From a virus (taxonomy: Duplodnaviria; Caudoviricetes): DNA of 56,244 nucleotides. Made by a program: the position numbers and the translations under genes. This document shows positions 9,461 to 18,084 of the stretch, one piece after another. The stretch covers positions 1-56,244 of the IMG/VR virus record IMGVR_UViG_3300032291_002769; one strand, given 5' to 3'. Position 1 is the stretch's first letter. Each line of letters starts with the position of its first letter. The notes below the pieces were generated by a model. It was not told the origin of the DNA. It worked only from the letters and a program-made list of their open reading frames with translations, and searched no databases.

Positions 9461-9780
9461 AACCTTAAATCGTTTTTAGCGTTCATAGTTATAATATAAT
9501 CCATTAAATTTTTAACTAAAGAATCGGCATCAACTTTTTCATATAGTTCTGGATATCTATCTTGAAGTAATTTATTTTCTTCATATTCCCTACAACTTGT
9601 AAGTATATCGGATAACATAGATTTTAGCATATGTTCCTTATTATAGTTGTCTTCAATTTTTTTTTCAAAGATTTCACCTTCAAGGTCCTGGATATATGTA
9701 ACAAGTTCTTTAACCTCCGGGTTGTCAAGAAGTCCTGGATTTCTACGAAATAATTTATTTATGCTTATCATAAGTCCCAA
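9457..9780 (-). CDS. hypothetical protein
   Basis: ORF in operon. Confidence 0.65.
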   Translation of the reverse strand: MGLMISINKLFRRNPGLLDNPEVKELVTYIQDLEGEIFEKKIEDNYNKEHMLKSMLSDILTSCREYEENKLLQDRYPELYEKVDADSLVKNLMDYIITMNAKNDLRL

Positions 9781-9844
9781 ATAGTTTTTCTTTTGTTTTT
9801 TGGTAATCTATATGACAACCAAAATAATATTTTTTTAAAAAGTC

Positions 9845-10390
9845 TCAAATCAAAAATTTTATAATTTTTTCTTTAATTCCTGATTGTTTGATACCTTCAA
9901 GATTAGGTCGTTTACAGTGAACAAAGTTTTCAAGTCCCCAACCATCTCGTTTTGACATATCAAGATCATCAACAGCAACCCAATGTGTTACTTCAGGATG
10001 TTCTTTTAACCAATGTAAAATTTCAATATGTCGTTCATACTCTGTTTTATTAAAATGTGGTAAAACAAAATCATCTGGCAATTTACCTTCACGAAATAGA
10101 ACACTACAAAATGGTGTTATATCAATTGGTGGTTTAATTCCACGAGTAATAAACATTTCTTTTATTTGATTTAATGTTCCGTGTTTTTTCCAATCAGATG
10201 AAATAACTAATTCACAACCGGTTTCTTCTATGATTTTATTTAAAACTTTAACCGCTTTCTCATTAAAGTTATCCATTCGTATATCCATAGGTGTTTCGGG
10301 ATTTGAGTCAAACCCTTTTTTCTTATATCGCCCACCCCACTCTGAAGAAAGACAAATAACCCCGTCGTGATCTAAAAACATTACCTTCAT
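9845..10390 (-). CDS. HAD phosphatase of the Swiss-army-knife RNA-repair type
   Basis: FLDHDGVI, LVISSDW, R..EI..WL and WVAVDD motifs. Confidence 0.82.
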   Translation of the reverse strand: MKVMFLDHDGVICLSSEWGGRYKKKGFDSNPETPMDIRMDNFNEKAVKVLNKIIEETGCELVISSDWKKHGTLNQIKEMFITRGIKPPIDITPFCSVLFREGKLPDDFVLPHFNKTEYERHIEILHWLKEHPEVTHWVAVDDLDMSKRDGWGLENFVHCKRPNLEGIKQSGIKEKIIKFLI

Positions 10391-10395
10391 AATAA

Positions 10396-10425
10396 CAAAG
10401 ATAGTAAAATAAAATTAAATTCCAA
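10396..10425 (-). promoter_or_regulatory. Bacteroidota-type sigma-A promoter
   Basis: TTG, N19, TATCTTTG (10403-10396); ATG 5 nt downstream. Confidence 0.65.
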
Positions 10426-10708
10426 TTAAATCATCACCAACAATCTCATATTTTTTTTTAAGCCATTCATTAACAAAATCATAAGTTTCATTATAGTCTG
10501 TTTGGAATATTTTTAATATTGGGTCAATTACAACTTTTGAATTGACATACGCTAAATTATGTTTTTCTTCATATAAAAAATATTTAGTACCACCTTCGGT
10601 TTTGGATAAGATTACATAGTTATTATTTTTATGATAGTCGTGTTTAATTAAATCACCCATATGGTGTTCAAGAAATTTTTCTACACCAAACTTTTGTTTA
10701 TCGGTCAT
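10415..10708 (-). CDS. hypothetical protein
   Basis: start moved to MTDKQKF, coupled to the upstream small ORF. Confidence 0.6.
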   Translation of the reverse strand: MTDKQKFGVEKFLEHHMGDLIKHDYHKNNNYVILSKTEGGTKYFLYEEKHNLAYVNSKVVIDPILKIFQTDYNETYDFVNEWLKKKYEIVGDDLIGI

Positions 10709-10817
10709 CTTTTTTAAAAAACATATCAAAGGGATGTTTAATGTTAGCTCTTTTTTTTGTTTTACCAAAAAAACCAATAACAATCATTATAATTAAAAAT
10801 ACTGTAAGAAATAACAT
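10698..10817 (-). CDS. small single-TM protein (not in ORF track)
   Basis: MLFLTVFLIIMIVIGFFGKTKKRANIKHPFDMFFKKDDR. Confidence 0.55.
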   Translation of the reverse strand: MLFLTVFLIIMIVIGFFGKTKKRANIKHPFDMFFKKDDR

Positions 10818-10845
10818 ATTGTAAATATATAAAAATTTTTAAAAT

Positions 10846-10881
10846 AAAAAAACCCCAAACTAAATTAGAATGGGGTTTTTA
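10846..10881 (-). terminator. intrinsic terminator
   Basis: AAAACCCCA/TGGGGTTTT hairpin with U-tract, after the 750-aa gene. Confidence 0.75.
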
Positions 10882-10897
10882 TTTTATTTTTTAATTG

Positions 10898-13150
10898 TTA
10901 TGGAACAATAAATAATCCATTTGTTGCTGGATCTCTCCAAACTGAACCAGTTGGTAAACCAGCTGAACTTGTTGGTATATTCATAATTGAAAGATTATTT
11001 ACAAACGTAGCACACTGTCTATTAGAGGTTATATCAGAACCAACTATAAATGAAAGACAATCATTAACAGAATTGTTTTTACCACCTAAAATACCAGATT
11101 TTGATCTTGTAATTTTATTACATTCACCACCAGAAATAACTGAATAACCACCATAAACAGTATTTTGGAACCCAGCACCAATTAAATTAAAAGCACCATT
11201 TAAAGTTGTATTACAATAACCACCAACAATAACATCAGCACTATTTGTTGTATTAAATATACCAGCACCAATGAACGCAAAGGCACCTCCTTGATTAGTT
11301 GTATTGTATATACCACTACCAATAATACTATTGTCGGATCTATTTAAATTACTTGAGCCACCTACTATTGCCGCACCACAACCGATTGCAGTGTTTGAAC
11401 ACCCACCAATAACAGAAGAATGAGGACCACTAAGATAGTTAAGTTCACCACCTAAAATTGATGCAAAATTACCAAGTTCAACAAGATTATTTCTTCCATC
11501 AACAATTGATGAATAACAACCAGAAACCGTATTACATAGACCAGCACCAATAAAGGATCTTGTTTTTGTTATTAAATTACATTCCCCAGCACCAATAAAA
11601 CTTTGACTGGCGGTAGAACCAGATATCTTATTATTATACCCGCTACCAACAAAACCATAATCTGCGGATAATATTTGGTTTTGCCAACCACCAGTAATGA
11701 CAGAATAATTAGCAATTGCAAAATTAAATTGTCCATTACCAACAAATGAGTGTAGTGAGTTTGCGGTATTACGATACCCACCAACCACTGTTGAGTAGCA
11801 CCCACTTGCTGTGTTTTGTCTTCCACCATTTATTGCTGAAGCTTGACCTACCGCTGTGTTACATAGCCCACCATTTACTGTTGAATGAGTATTAGATGCT
11901 GAATTACGACATCCACCGGCTACAGTAGAAAAGTTAGCACCATTTGCTCTGTTGCAAACACCACCACCAACAGTATTTCCGAATTGTGTGGCTTGGTTGC
12001 AATATCCACCACTCACTGTTGACCATTGCCCATCTGCAGAGTTGTTAAGCCCACATCTTAGAGTTGATCCTGTGCCGTTACCAACAATGATAATACCAGA
12101 CCCACCAGTTGCCCCAGTAAAAAATCCGGATGCGGTAACTATTGACCCATTACTATTGTTTAAACTTAAAACTCCAGTTCCAGAATTGTATGAGGCACCA
12201 GTTAATAATACATCTGTAAATCCAGTTAAAAAACCAGACACATTAAATGTATTTCCAGAATTTGTTGTGAATGTTGCAACACCGGTATTAGAATTATATG
12301 TTCCACCAGTAACTGTCATATCGGATGATAAAATTCCTAAATTAACCGTATAATCATTACCATCACTAACAGATGCTGTTAAATCAAAATTTCCAGGATT
12401 CCAAGTAAGACCTGTTAAATAATAGTCAGTTCCACCAGTGTATAAGCCATTTATTGTAACTGTCCCATCTTGTCTTTCCAAAGTAATAGTGCCATTAGAG
12501 TATGTACCACCAGTTACATAAAAATCATCTGTTTGGAAACCAGAAGCATTTAATGTATTACCATTAGAATTTGTTAATGTTAATACTCCAGTTCCGTTAT
12601 TGTATGTTAATCCAGAAACAAAAATATCTGTTGTTGTAACACCGGTTACAACAAATCCAGATGAATCTAAACCAAGGTTTATTACTGGACTTCCGTTTCC
12701 AACATTTCTAATGTTAAGGTTTGGAACATATGCCGTATCTGAAGCTGTTGCTGTAATGTTTCTTCCAGCTAAGATAGAAGAATAAGAACCAGTTACTTTA
12801 TTATTACAACCACCTAATATGGAACTAAAAATACCACTAACTGTGTTGTTATTTCCTCCATTTATAACACCATAATCACCTGTTGATAGTATTTTATTAA
12901 ATCTACCACCACCGATAATTGTTGCATATCCATCGGTTGTATTTGCATTACCACCGCCGATTGTGGAATAAGAAGTTAATCCACTTGTGATTGTATTTTT
13001 ATATCCGCCACTAACTGTTGTGTATGTGTTTCTAACTACATTACCTCTACCACCACTAACTGTAGCGTAGTTTGCTGGTGCTGTGTTACAGTTTCCACAT
13101 CTAACTGTTGAAGTTGGAAATCCAGGATTATCGATAATTACAAAAGCCAT
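10898..13150 (-). CDS. Gly/Asn/Ser-rich repeat protein, probable virion fibre or structural protein
   Basis: dozens of ~15-aa S-x-I-x-GG-x-x-N repeats, five VTGGTYN..G..T repeats, C-terminal PTSSAGLPTGSVW. Confidence 0.75.
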   Translation of the reverse strand: MAFVIIDNPGFPTSTVRCGNCNTAPANYATVSGGRGNVVRNTYTTVSGGYKNTITSGLTSYSTIGGGNANTTDGYATIIGGGRFNKILSTGDYGVINGGNNNTVSGIFSSILGGCNNKVTGSYSSILAGRNITATASDTAYVPNLNIRNVGNGSPVINLGLDSSGFVVTGVTTTDIFVSGLTYNNGTGVLTLTNSNGNTLNASGFQTDDFYVTGGTYSNGTITLERQDGTVTINGLYTGGTDYYLTGLTWNPGNFDLTASVSDGNDYTVNLGILSSDMTVTGGTYNSNTGVATFTTNSGNTFNVSGFLTGFTDVLLTGASYNSGTGVLSLNNSNGSIVTASGFFTGATGGSGIIIVGNGTGSTLRCGLNNSADGQWSTVSGGYCNQATQFGNTVGGGVCNRANGANFSTVAGGCRNSASNTHSTVNGGLCNTAVGQASAINGGRQNTASGCYSTVVGGYRNTANSLHSFVGNGQFNFAIANYSVITGGWQNQILSADYGFVGSGYNNKISGSTASQSFIGAGECNLITKTRSFIGAGLCNTVSGCYSSIVDGRNNLVELGNFASILGGELNYLSGPHSSVIGGCSNTAIGCGAAIVGGSSNLNRSDNSIIGSGIYNTTNQGGAFAFIGAGIFNTTNSADVIVGGYCNTTLNGAFNLIGAGFQNTVYGGYSVISGGECNKITRSKSGILGGKNNSVNDCLSFIVGSDITSNRQCATFVNNLSIMNIPTSSAGLPTGSVWRDPATNGLFIVP

Positions 13151-13189
13151 TTTTAATTGTTTTTTTTTTGATTTATTATTTACTTTTAT

Positions 13190-13196
13190 ATAAATA
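13190..13196 (-). promoter_or_regulatory. putative late promoter TATTTAT
   Basis: motif upstream of the repeat protein. Confidence 0.55.
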
Positions 13197-13216
13197 CATT
13201 AAAACAAAATAAAAAC

Positions 13217-13252
13217 AAAAAAACCCCAAAACTTTTTATGGTCTTGGGGTTC
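13217..13252 (-). terminator. intrinsic terminator
   Basis: AACCCCAAGAC/GTTTTGGGGTT hairpin followed by U7. Confidence 0.8.
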
Positions 13253-13412
13253 AAAGGTAATAGTAATATAATTTTCAGTGTTTTTTAAGAGTTTTAAATT
13301 TTGACAAAATGATTTTTGAACATTTGACTTTTGAATGTTAAGAGCATCATCAAATCTACAATCGTGATCAAGAATTTTGTATTATGTTGAAAATATATAC
13401 TATACTACCTTT
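13253..13412 (-). ncRNA. candidate structured RNA: 24-bp closing stem around a loop with ~7-nt UCAAAA-like repeats
   Basis: 13412-13388 pairs with 13277-13253; no ORF; lies between the 13414 stop codon and the terminator. Confidence 0.65.
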
Positions 13413-13413
13413 A

Positions 13414-13860
13414 TTACAATCCTTCGATTTCTGTTGTAATATTATGATAATCCAACTCCTCTTGTAACTCTTCGATTCTATTTTCTAAAAACTTAATCTC
13501 ATTGTCTCTCTCTACTGTTGAGATTTCAGCGATTTTAACAATTGGTGTATCACTTCTTCTTGATAAATAATCAATAGCAACACCACTTGTACAATCCAAA
13601 AATTTTAATTTATTAACTGCTGATTTCAACTCAGATAAAAGAAAAATTTTATCATAAACTGGTGCGTTTGCTTTATGAATTTGAGTTTTAATTGCTGTTA
13701 ACTCATCAATTCTTACATACATTTCTGCTAACAATTCTTTTGCCGAATAATCTCTTGTGTTACCCTCAATAACTGAATTGTTATTATGTAACTTTTCTGT
13801 AAGTTTATTCAAATCTTGAACCAACTTATTTTTTAATTTTAATGCTTGCTTTACTGTCAT
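13414..13860 (-). CDS. DIP1984-like (septicolysin-annotated) coiled-coil protein
   Basis: MTVKQALKLKNKL, IHKANA and IEELQEELDYHNITTEI patterns. Confidence 0.7.
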   Translation of the reverse strand: MTVKQALKLKNKLVQDLNKLTEKLHNNNSVIEGNTRDYSAKELLAEMYVRIDELTAIKTQIHKANAPVYDKIFLLSELKSAVNKLKFLDCTSGVAIDYLSRRSDTPIVKIAEISTVERDNEIKFLENRIEELQEELDYHNITTEIEGL

Positions 13861-13899
13861 AATTATTTGTTTTGTGCTGAAATTATAATTTATTTATTT

Positions 13900-14241
13900 T
13901 TAATAGTCAATGTTTTCTGTTAAACAAATTTCAGTTTCCGCTAACTCACTATAAACCCAAATGTCCCAACCTAACCCGCCGGTTGATTTAAACTTATATT
14001 CAAAGTTACCATACTTACCATAAACACCTTTAATATGTCCCATCCAATTATTTAACACTTCAACTTCATTTGGTTGAATTGTAAATGTCATAGGTTTTAA
14101 TGTTTCACTAACTTCTGTTTTTTCTTGGTATTTTTTTGCAACTTCTTCACTTGTGAAATATGATAAATTCACAACTCTTTCTTTCATTTTTGAAAGCCTT
14201 TCATTTTCTTTTTCAATAATTCGTTCTTCAAATTTGCTCAT
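13900..14241 (-). CDS. hypothetical protein
   Basis: YKFKSTGGLG motif. Confidence 0.65.
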   Translation of the reverse strand: MSKFEERIIEKENERLSKMKERVVNLSYFTSEEVAKKYQEKTEVSETLKPMTFTIQPNEVEVLNNWMGHIKGVYGKYGNFEYKFKSTGGLGWDIWVYSELAETEICLTENIDY

Positions 14242-14249
14242 AATGTTTT

Positions 14250-14801
14250 TTATTTAAATTCAATTACTTTAACGGACCAGGGATCAAAAAAATTATCCAC
14301 TTCACATTTTAATACTTTATGTGTTTGTGCATTATAATATAAATCACCATTTTTTATTTGTCCAGTTTCTTTTATGAGATATTTTTTACCATCATCTTCA
14401 ATAATAAGTCTTTCATCTCTATGTTCATCGCAAAGTGTGTGAATCCAATTTTTTATTCTATGTTGTTCTCCAGGTTCACCACAAACTTCACAAACAGAAA
14501 ATGTTTCTCTTTCGGCTTCTACAATAAAATTAAAACCGTTTTCCGGTATGTTGTCAATAAAAATACTCATACCACCAAACTTTTCTTTAACATTGATAAA
14601 TTGTTTGTCCCATCCAAGTTTAATTAAAACCTCAAAAAGTCTCTGTATAATTCCCAACCATCCGTTACCAACACCAAAATACCTTCTTTCCATTATTGGT
14701 CCCAAATGTGGTTTGTGTTGTATGGTAACACCACCAATGTTTTTCAAAAAGTTTTCAAACTCCTGATCTGTTCTATGATTATCATTCATCCTTATTCCCA
14801 T
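14250..14801 (-). CDS. hypothetical phage protein with zinc ribbon
   Basis: GW...VKEKFGG...CEVCGEPG...TLCDEH. Confidence 0.75.
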   Translation of the reverse strand: MGIRMNDNHRTDQEFENFLKNIGGVTIQHKPHLGPIMERRYFGVGNGWLGIIQRLFEVLIKLGWDKQFINVKEKFGGMSIFIDNIPENGFNFIVEAERETFSVCEVCGEPGEQHRIKNWIHTLCDEHRDERLIIEDDGKKYLIKETGQIKNGDLYYNAQTHKVLKCEVDNFFDPWSVKVIEFK

Positions 14802-15210
14802 TTTTTCTTTCTTTTCTCACAATTGCAAGTGCTGTTGATAATGTCTCATAACTATCCCAGAACCCACCTCTATCATCAAGGAAGATATTTGCGTATATTT
14901 TCCCATTAATACCATAAGGTTTATCCCATTCTGGGTGCATCTCATTAACACCGTGGACTTCAATTCCCAAATTTTCAACTTGTTCTTTTGCTCGTTCTAA
15001 TTGTAATCCACTTCTTGCCGTGTTTATTAAAAACACAATACCTTCCTTTTGACATTCCAAAATTAAATCAACCATTTTTTTACAGTTGTCTTTAATTTCT
15101 TCATTGTAAGGAATAATTGTGTCGTCAAGATCACAACCAATTATAATCTTACCGTTTTTTAACCATTCGGTTACTAATCTATTTGTATAAAAATTTGCGT
15201 GATATCTCAT
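14782..15210 (-). CDS. HAD-superfamily hydrolase
   Basis: DLDDTI, NTAR and KIYANIFLDDR motifs. Confidence 0.75.
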   Translation of the reverse strand: MRYHANFYTNRLVTEWLKNGKIIIGCDLDDTIIPYNEEIKDNCKKMVDLILECQKEGIVFLINTARSGLQLERAKEQVENLGIEVHGVNEMHPEWDKPYGINGKIYANIFLDDRGGFWDSYETLSTALAIVRKERKNGNKDE

Positions 15211-15214
15211 AATT

Positions 15215-16219
15215 TTATTTTCCAAATCCAACACTACCTGATCCTTTAATTCTTGGTCTTTCAGCTAAAGATTCCAAGTTGTTCATAGTTTCTTCAAAAG
15301 TTCTACCCATAACAATAACTGAAATAACAACTTCTTTCAAGTGTGAAAGTGACATTCCATCAGTTCTTTTAACCCATTCCTCAATGTCAATATCATTAAT
15401 ATCCTCTTCATTTAATTTATGTTGGATGTAGGCTTTTCTTATTTCAGCATTTGGTGTTTCAACTTTATATCTTCTATCAAAACGAGATGGTCTATTTGTA
15501 ATTCTCTCCTGGAGTTTCTCCGGGTAGTTCGTTGTTGCAATATATACAACACCCTCAATTTGTTTAACACCATCAAGAATATTTAATAGTCTTGCAGTCT
15601 GATACCTATTTTCACTGGCAATCGAATCAATGTCTTCCAATAAGACAACAAGTGGTCTATTTGGCTCTATCTTTCTAAATGTAGCAATAAATGATGTAAA
15701 CCTATCAACATCTTCTTCATCTTTTACATTTATTACAATGCCGTCTCTTTCAATTAACTTTTGTGATATAAGTTGAATAATACCTGACTTTCCACAACCT
15801 GGGTCACCATACATCAAAATACCTCTTTTGTGTATAAAGTTGTACTGTTTATATTTATCAGCTCTGTTCCAGAAATTTTCAATATCTTGTAATATGTCTG
15901 TAATTTCTGGTGATGGTAAATGGTACAACTCATCCGTTTTGAATGGTTGTTTTTTAAGAGTGTGTGTTTGTAAATTTCCATTCCAACCAATCTCATATAC
16001 ACCGGCAGGTACTTTTGGTACGGTCACATAGGCCGGAGCATATTCATCATTTTTTAGATTACTCCAACAACAAGGAATATCCAGTTCTTTTTTATCTTCT
16101 GTATTTTTTCTAGTTCTATTTCTTGCAAGTATTTCATCTGTTGTTAAATAGCTTTCTTCGGGTTCAGATGTTAACCCCTCATATGGGTATTCATATTCTT
16201 CTTCAATTATATCACTCAT
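15215..16219 (-). CDS. AAA+ ATPase
   Basis: GDPGCGKS Walker A, LLEDID Walker B, TTNYPEKL and RPSRFDR second region of homology. Confidence 0.9.
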   Translation of the reverse strand: MSDIIEEEYEYPYEGLTSEPEESYLTTDEILARNRTRKNTEDKKELDIPCCWSNLKNDEYAPAYVTVPKVPAGVYEIGWNGNLQTHTLKKQPFKTDELYHLPSPEITDILQDIENFWNRADKYKQYNFIHKRGILMYGDPGCGKSGIIQLISQKLIERDGIVINVKDEEDVDRFTSFIATFRKIEPNRPLVVLLEDIDSIASENRYQTARLLNILDGVKQIEGVVYIATTNYPEKLQERITNRPSRFDRRYKVETPNAEIRKAYIQHKLNEEDINDIDIEEWVKRTDGMSLSHLKEVVISVIVMGRTFEETMNNLESLAERPRIKGSGSVGFGK

Positions 16220-16403
16220 TTTCTTTTAATTTTAAATTATTCCAATCTTCTTTTTTCATTGCCACTCTAACACCATCGATACTTACAAAAACTTCATCTG
16301 TAAAAACCATTGGGTCTTCCATTTTTGTGGGGTCTATTTTTATCTTATTGTAATAGACACTTTCATTTGCAAACCTAACTAAAACTTCAACTTTCTCTAT
16401 CAT
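16212..16403 (-). CDS. hypothetical protein
   Basis: ORF in operon. Confidence 0.6.
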   Translation of the reverse strand: MIEKVEVLVRFANESVYYNKIKIDPTKMEDPMVFTDEVFVSIDGVRVAMKKEDWNNLKLKENE

Positions 16404-16528
16404 AACTTTTGTGAATATGTTCGAGAATTTGTTGTTCCAATTCTTCTCTACAGATTTCTACAGCTGCTTTAGCTTCTTCCAAATATTCTTCACTACATTT
16501 TTCTTCCGTTACATCTTCTTCGTGTGGT

Positions 16529-17518
16529 TCACGAGTGAGCAGGTATTAATCTTGCTGTGTTTCTTCTTAAACGACGAAGTGCTGGTGCTTCTATATATCC
16601 TGGTAATTCATCCGATACCTTCATTTCTTCTCCACAAAGATTATCTTCCGGTAATGATCCATTGTATTTTCTCATTTCATTTTTTTCCTCTTCAGAAAAT
16701 AACCTATAATTTGGAATTGTTGTTGGTGATTTTAAATCACATTCCATTAAAATGATTTGAAGGATATTCATTGGAAGACCGGTCTGTATTGTATCAATTT
16801 GTTTATCTTCCTGGTTATATGTTTTAAACACATATTGTTCGTGATCATCCATTATTTCATATGGTTGTGGGAAACTTCTATAAAAAGCAAACTTTTTATT
16901 TTCTTTTTTATCGATAAGATAAATTAAGATTCCTCTTGAATGATTGTAGAAATAACCGGGATCATTAATCATTGCTGTACACCATTTTGTTTGATACCCA
17001 TATGAACAAGATGACGCATAGGTTAATGGTTTAAAAATCATATAATTATCGTCTTCAAAAATCTTGTGAATTTCTTTTTTTGATTTTTTAAACAACTCAC
17101 GATTCTTGGCTTCAAATAATTGTGTTTCCAACATATCCCAGGAATCGTATTTACTGATGTCTTTTTCATCAATTACACCTTTTTCCATTAGTTCTGTAAA
17201 CTCAACAAATCTTTCCATACTATTCCAAGTAAATATGGAATCACAAAAAACCATTCTTGATAACATATTTTCAAAAGAATTATTTGGTACAACTCTTTCT
17301 AATGGGGGTTGGTTTGTTTCTTGTATTCTAAATGTTCTATTTTCATCTTGTTCTTTTTGCCACGATTCAATTCTTTTATTGAGCATCTTAACCAAAAACT
17401 GTGAATATTTTTTGGTTTTACTAGTATCAAATCTTTCCAACATATTGGCAAGATTTAAATTTAAAATTTCATTTTCTTTTTTTAATTTCTTAATCCCCAT
17501 TTTATTTATTTTATACAA
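16529..17518 (-). CDS. YG-x-x-TKWCT family (PcfJ-like) protein, possibly frameshifted near the C-terminus
   Basis: PLTYASSCSYGYQTKWCT; paralog of 23321-24277. Confidence 0.7.
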   Translation of the reverse strand: MYKINKMGIKKLKKENEILNLNLANMLERFDTSKTKKYSQFLVKMLNKRIESWQKEQDENRTFRIQETNQPPLERVVPNNSFENMLSRMVFCDSIFTWNSMERFVEFTELMEKGVIDEKDISKYDSWDMLETQLFEAKNRELFKKSKKEIHKIFEDDNYMIFKPLTYASSCSYGYQTKWCTAMINDPGYFYNHSRGILIYLIDKKENKKFAFYRSFPQPYEIMDDHEQYVFKTYNQEDKQIDTIQTGLPMNILQIILMECDLKSPTTIPNYRLFSEEEKNEMRKYNGSLPEDNLCGEEMKVSDELPGYIEAPALRRLRRNTARLIPAHS

Positions 17519-17527
17519 TTTGTAATC

Positions 17528-17767
17528 TTACCTTAAAACAAATGCGTGAACTATTATTACAATTGTCTCTTTTATACCATCTGATGTTACAGCTCTATCT
17601 TCTTTTACAATAATATCCATAAATCCAAGATCTTCTTTTAATCTATTAGCTTGGATTTCAACTTCTTTTTTTGCGTCTTCTTCATTTTTGAAGAATCCAA
17701 AATACGAATCACAATTTCCGGTTTTATCACAAACTCCAAAAATCACTTCTCTTACTGGTTTTATCAT
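17528..17767 (-). CDS. hypothetical protein
   Basis: ORF in operon. Confidence 0.65.
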   Translation of the reverse strand: MIKPVREVIFGVCDKTGNCDSYFGFFKNEEDAKKEVEIQANRLKEDLGFMDIIVKEDRAVTSDGIKETIVIIVHAFVLR

Positions 17768-18030
17768 AATCTATTTGCTAGTTGTTTTATTAATAATTCT
17801 TCTTCATTTGTTAATCGGTGATAAGAGTTCCAAATTTTACTTAAATTATCTCTCAATTCTTTTTCTCCGTTTGACTCTTCATCACCTCTAACAATTTTTC
17901 TTATTTCAGTGTTTGGGTGTGTATCTAATATTCCATCTTCGTATAACCATTCGGCCATATTATTTTTATCACTTCTACCCATTTGGTCATAAACCTCATC
18001 CAAATAAACATCTATTCTAACGTAACTCAT
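17764..18030 (-). CDS. hypothetical protein
   Basis: ORF downstream of promoter. Confidence 0.65.
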   Translation of the reverse strand: MSYVRIDVYLDEVYDQMGRSDKNNMAEWLYEDGILDTHPNTEIRKIVRGDEESNGEKELRDNLSKIWNSYHRLTNEEELLIKQLANRL

Positions 18031-18043
18031 TTTTTTCTTTTTA

Positions 18044-18074
18044 CAAAGTTAATAAAAAAAAGTGACTCCATCAA
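18044..18074 (-). promoter_or_regulatory. Bacteroidota-type sigma-A promoter
   Basis: TTG, N20, TAACTTTG (18051-18044). Confidence 0.65.
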
Positions 18075-18084
18075 TGGGAGTCAC
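18054..18084 (-). terminator. intrinsic terminator overlapping the RNA ligase stop
   Basis: GTGACTCC/GGAGTCAC hairpin followed by U8. Confidence 0.75.

Noticed and set aside
10898-13150. Diversity-generating retroelement target
   Set aside because: No reverse transcriptase and no TR/VR pair differing at adenines in the window.
13278-13345. Mini-CRISPR interpretation of the short repeats
   Set aside because: Units are only 7-8 nt, degenerate and have no spacers.
16493-16531. TGA read-through or selenocysteine at the end of 16529-17518
   Set aside because: In-frame read-through gives only 11 more codons before TAG; the +1 frame is the protein-like one.
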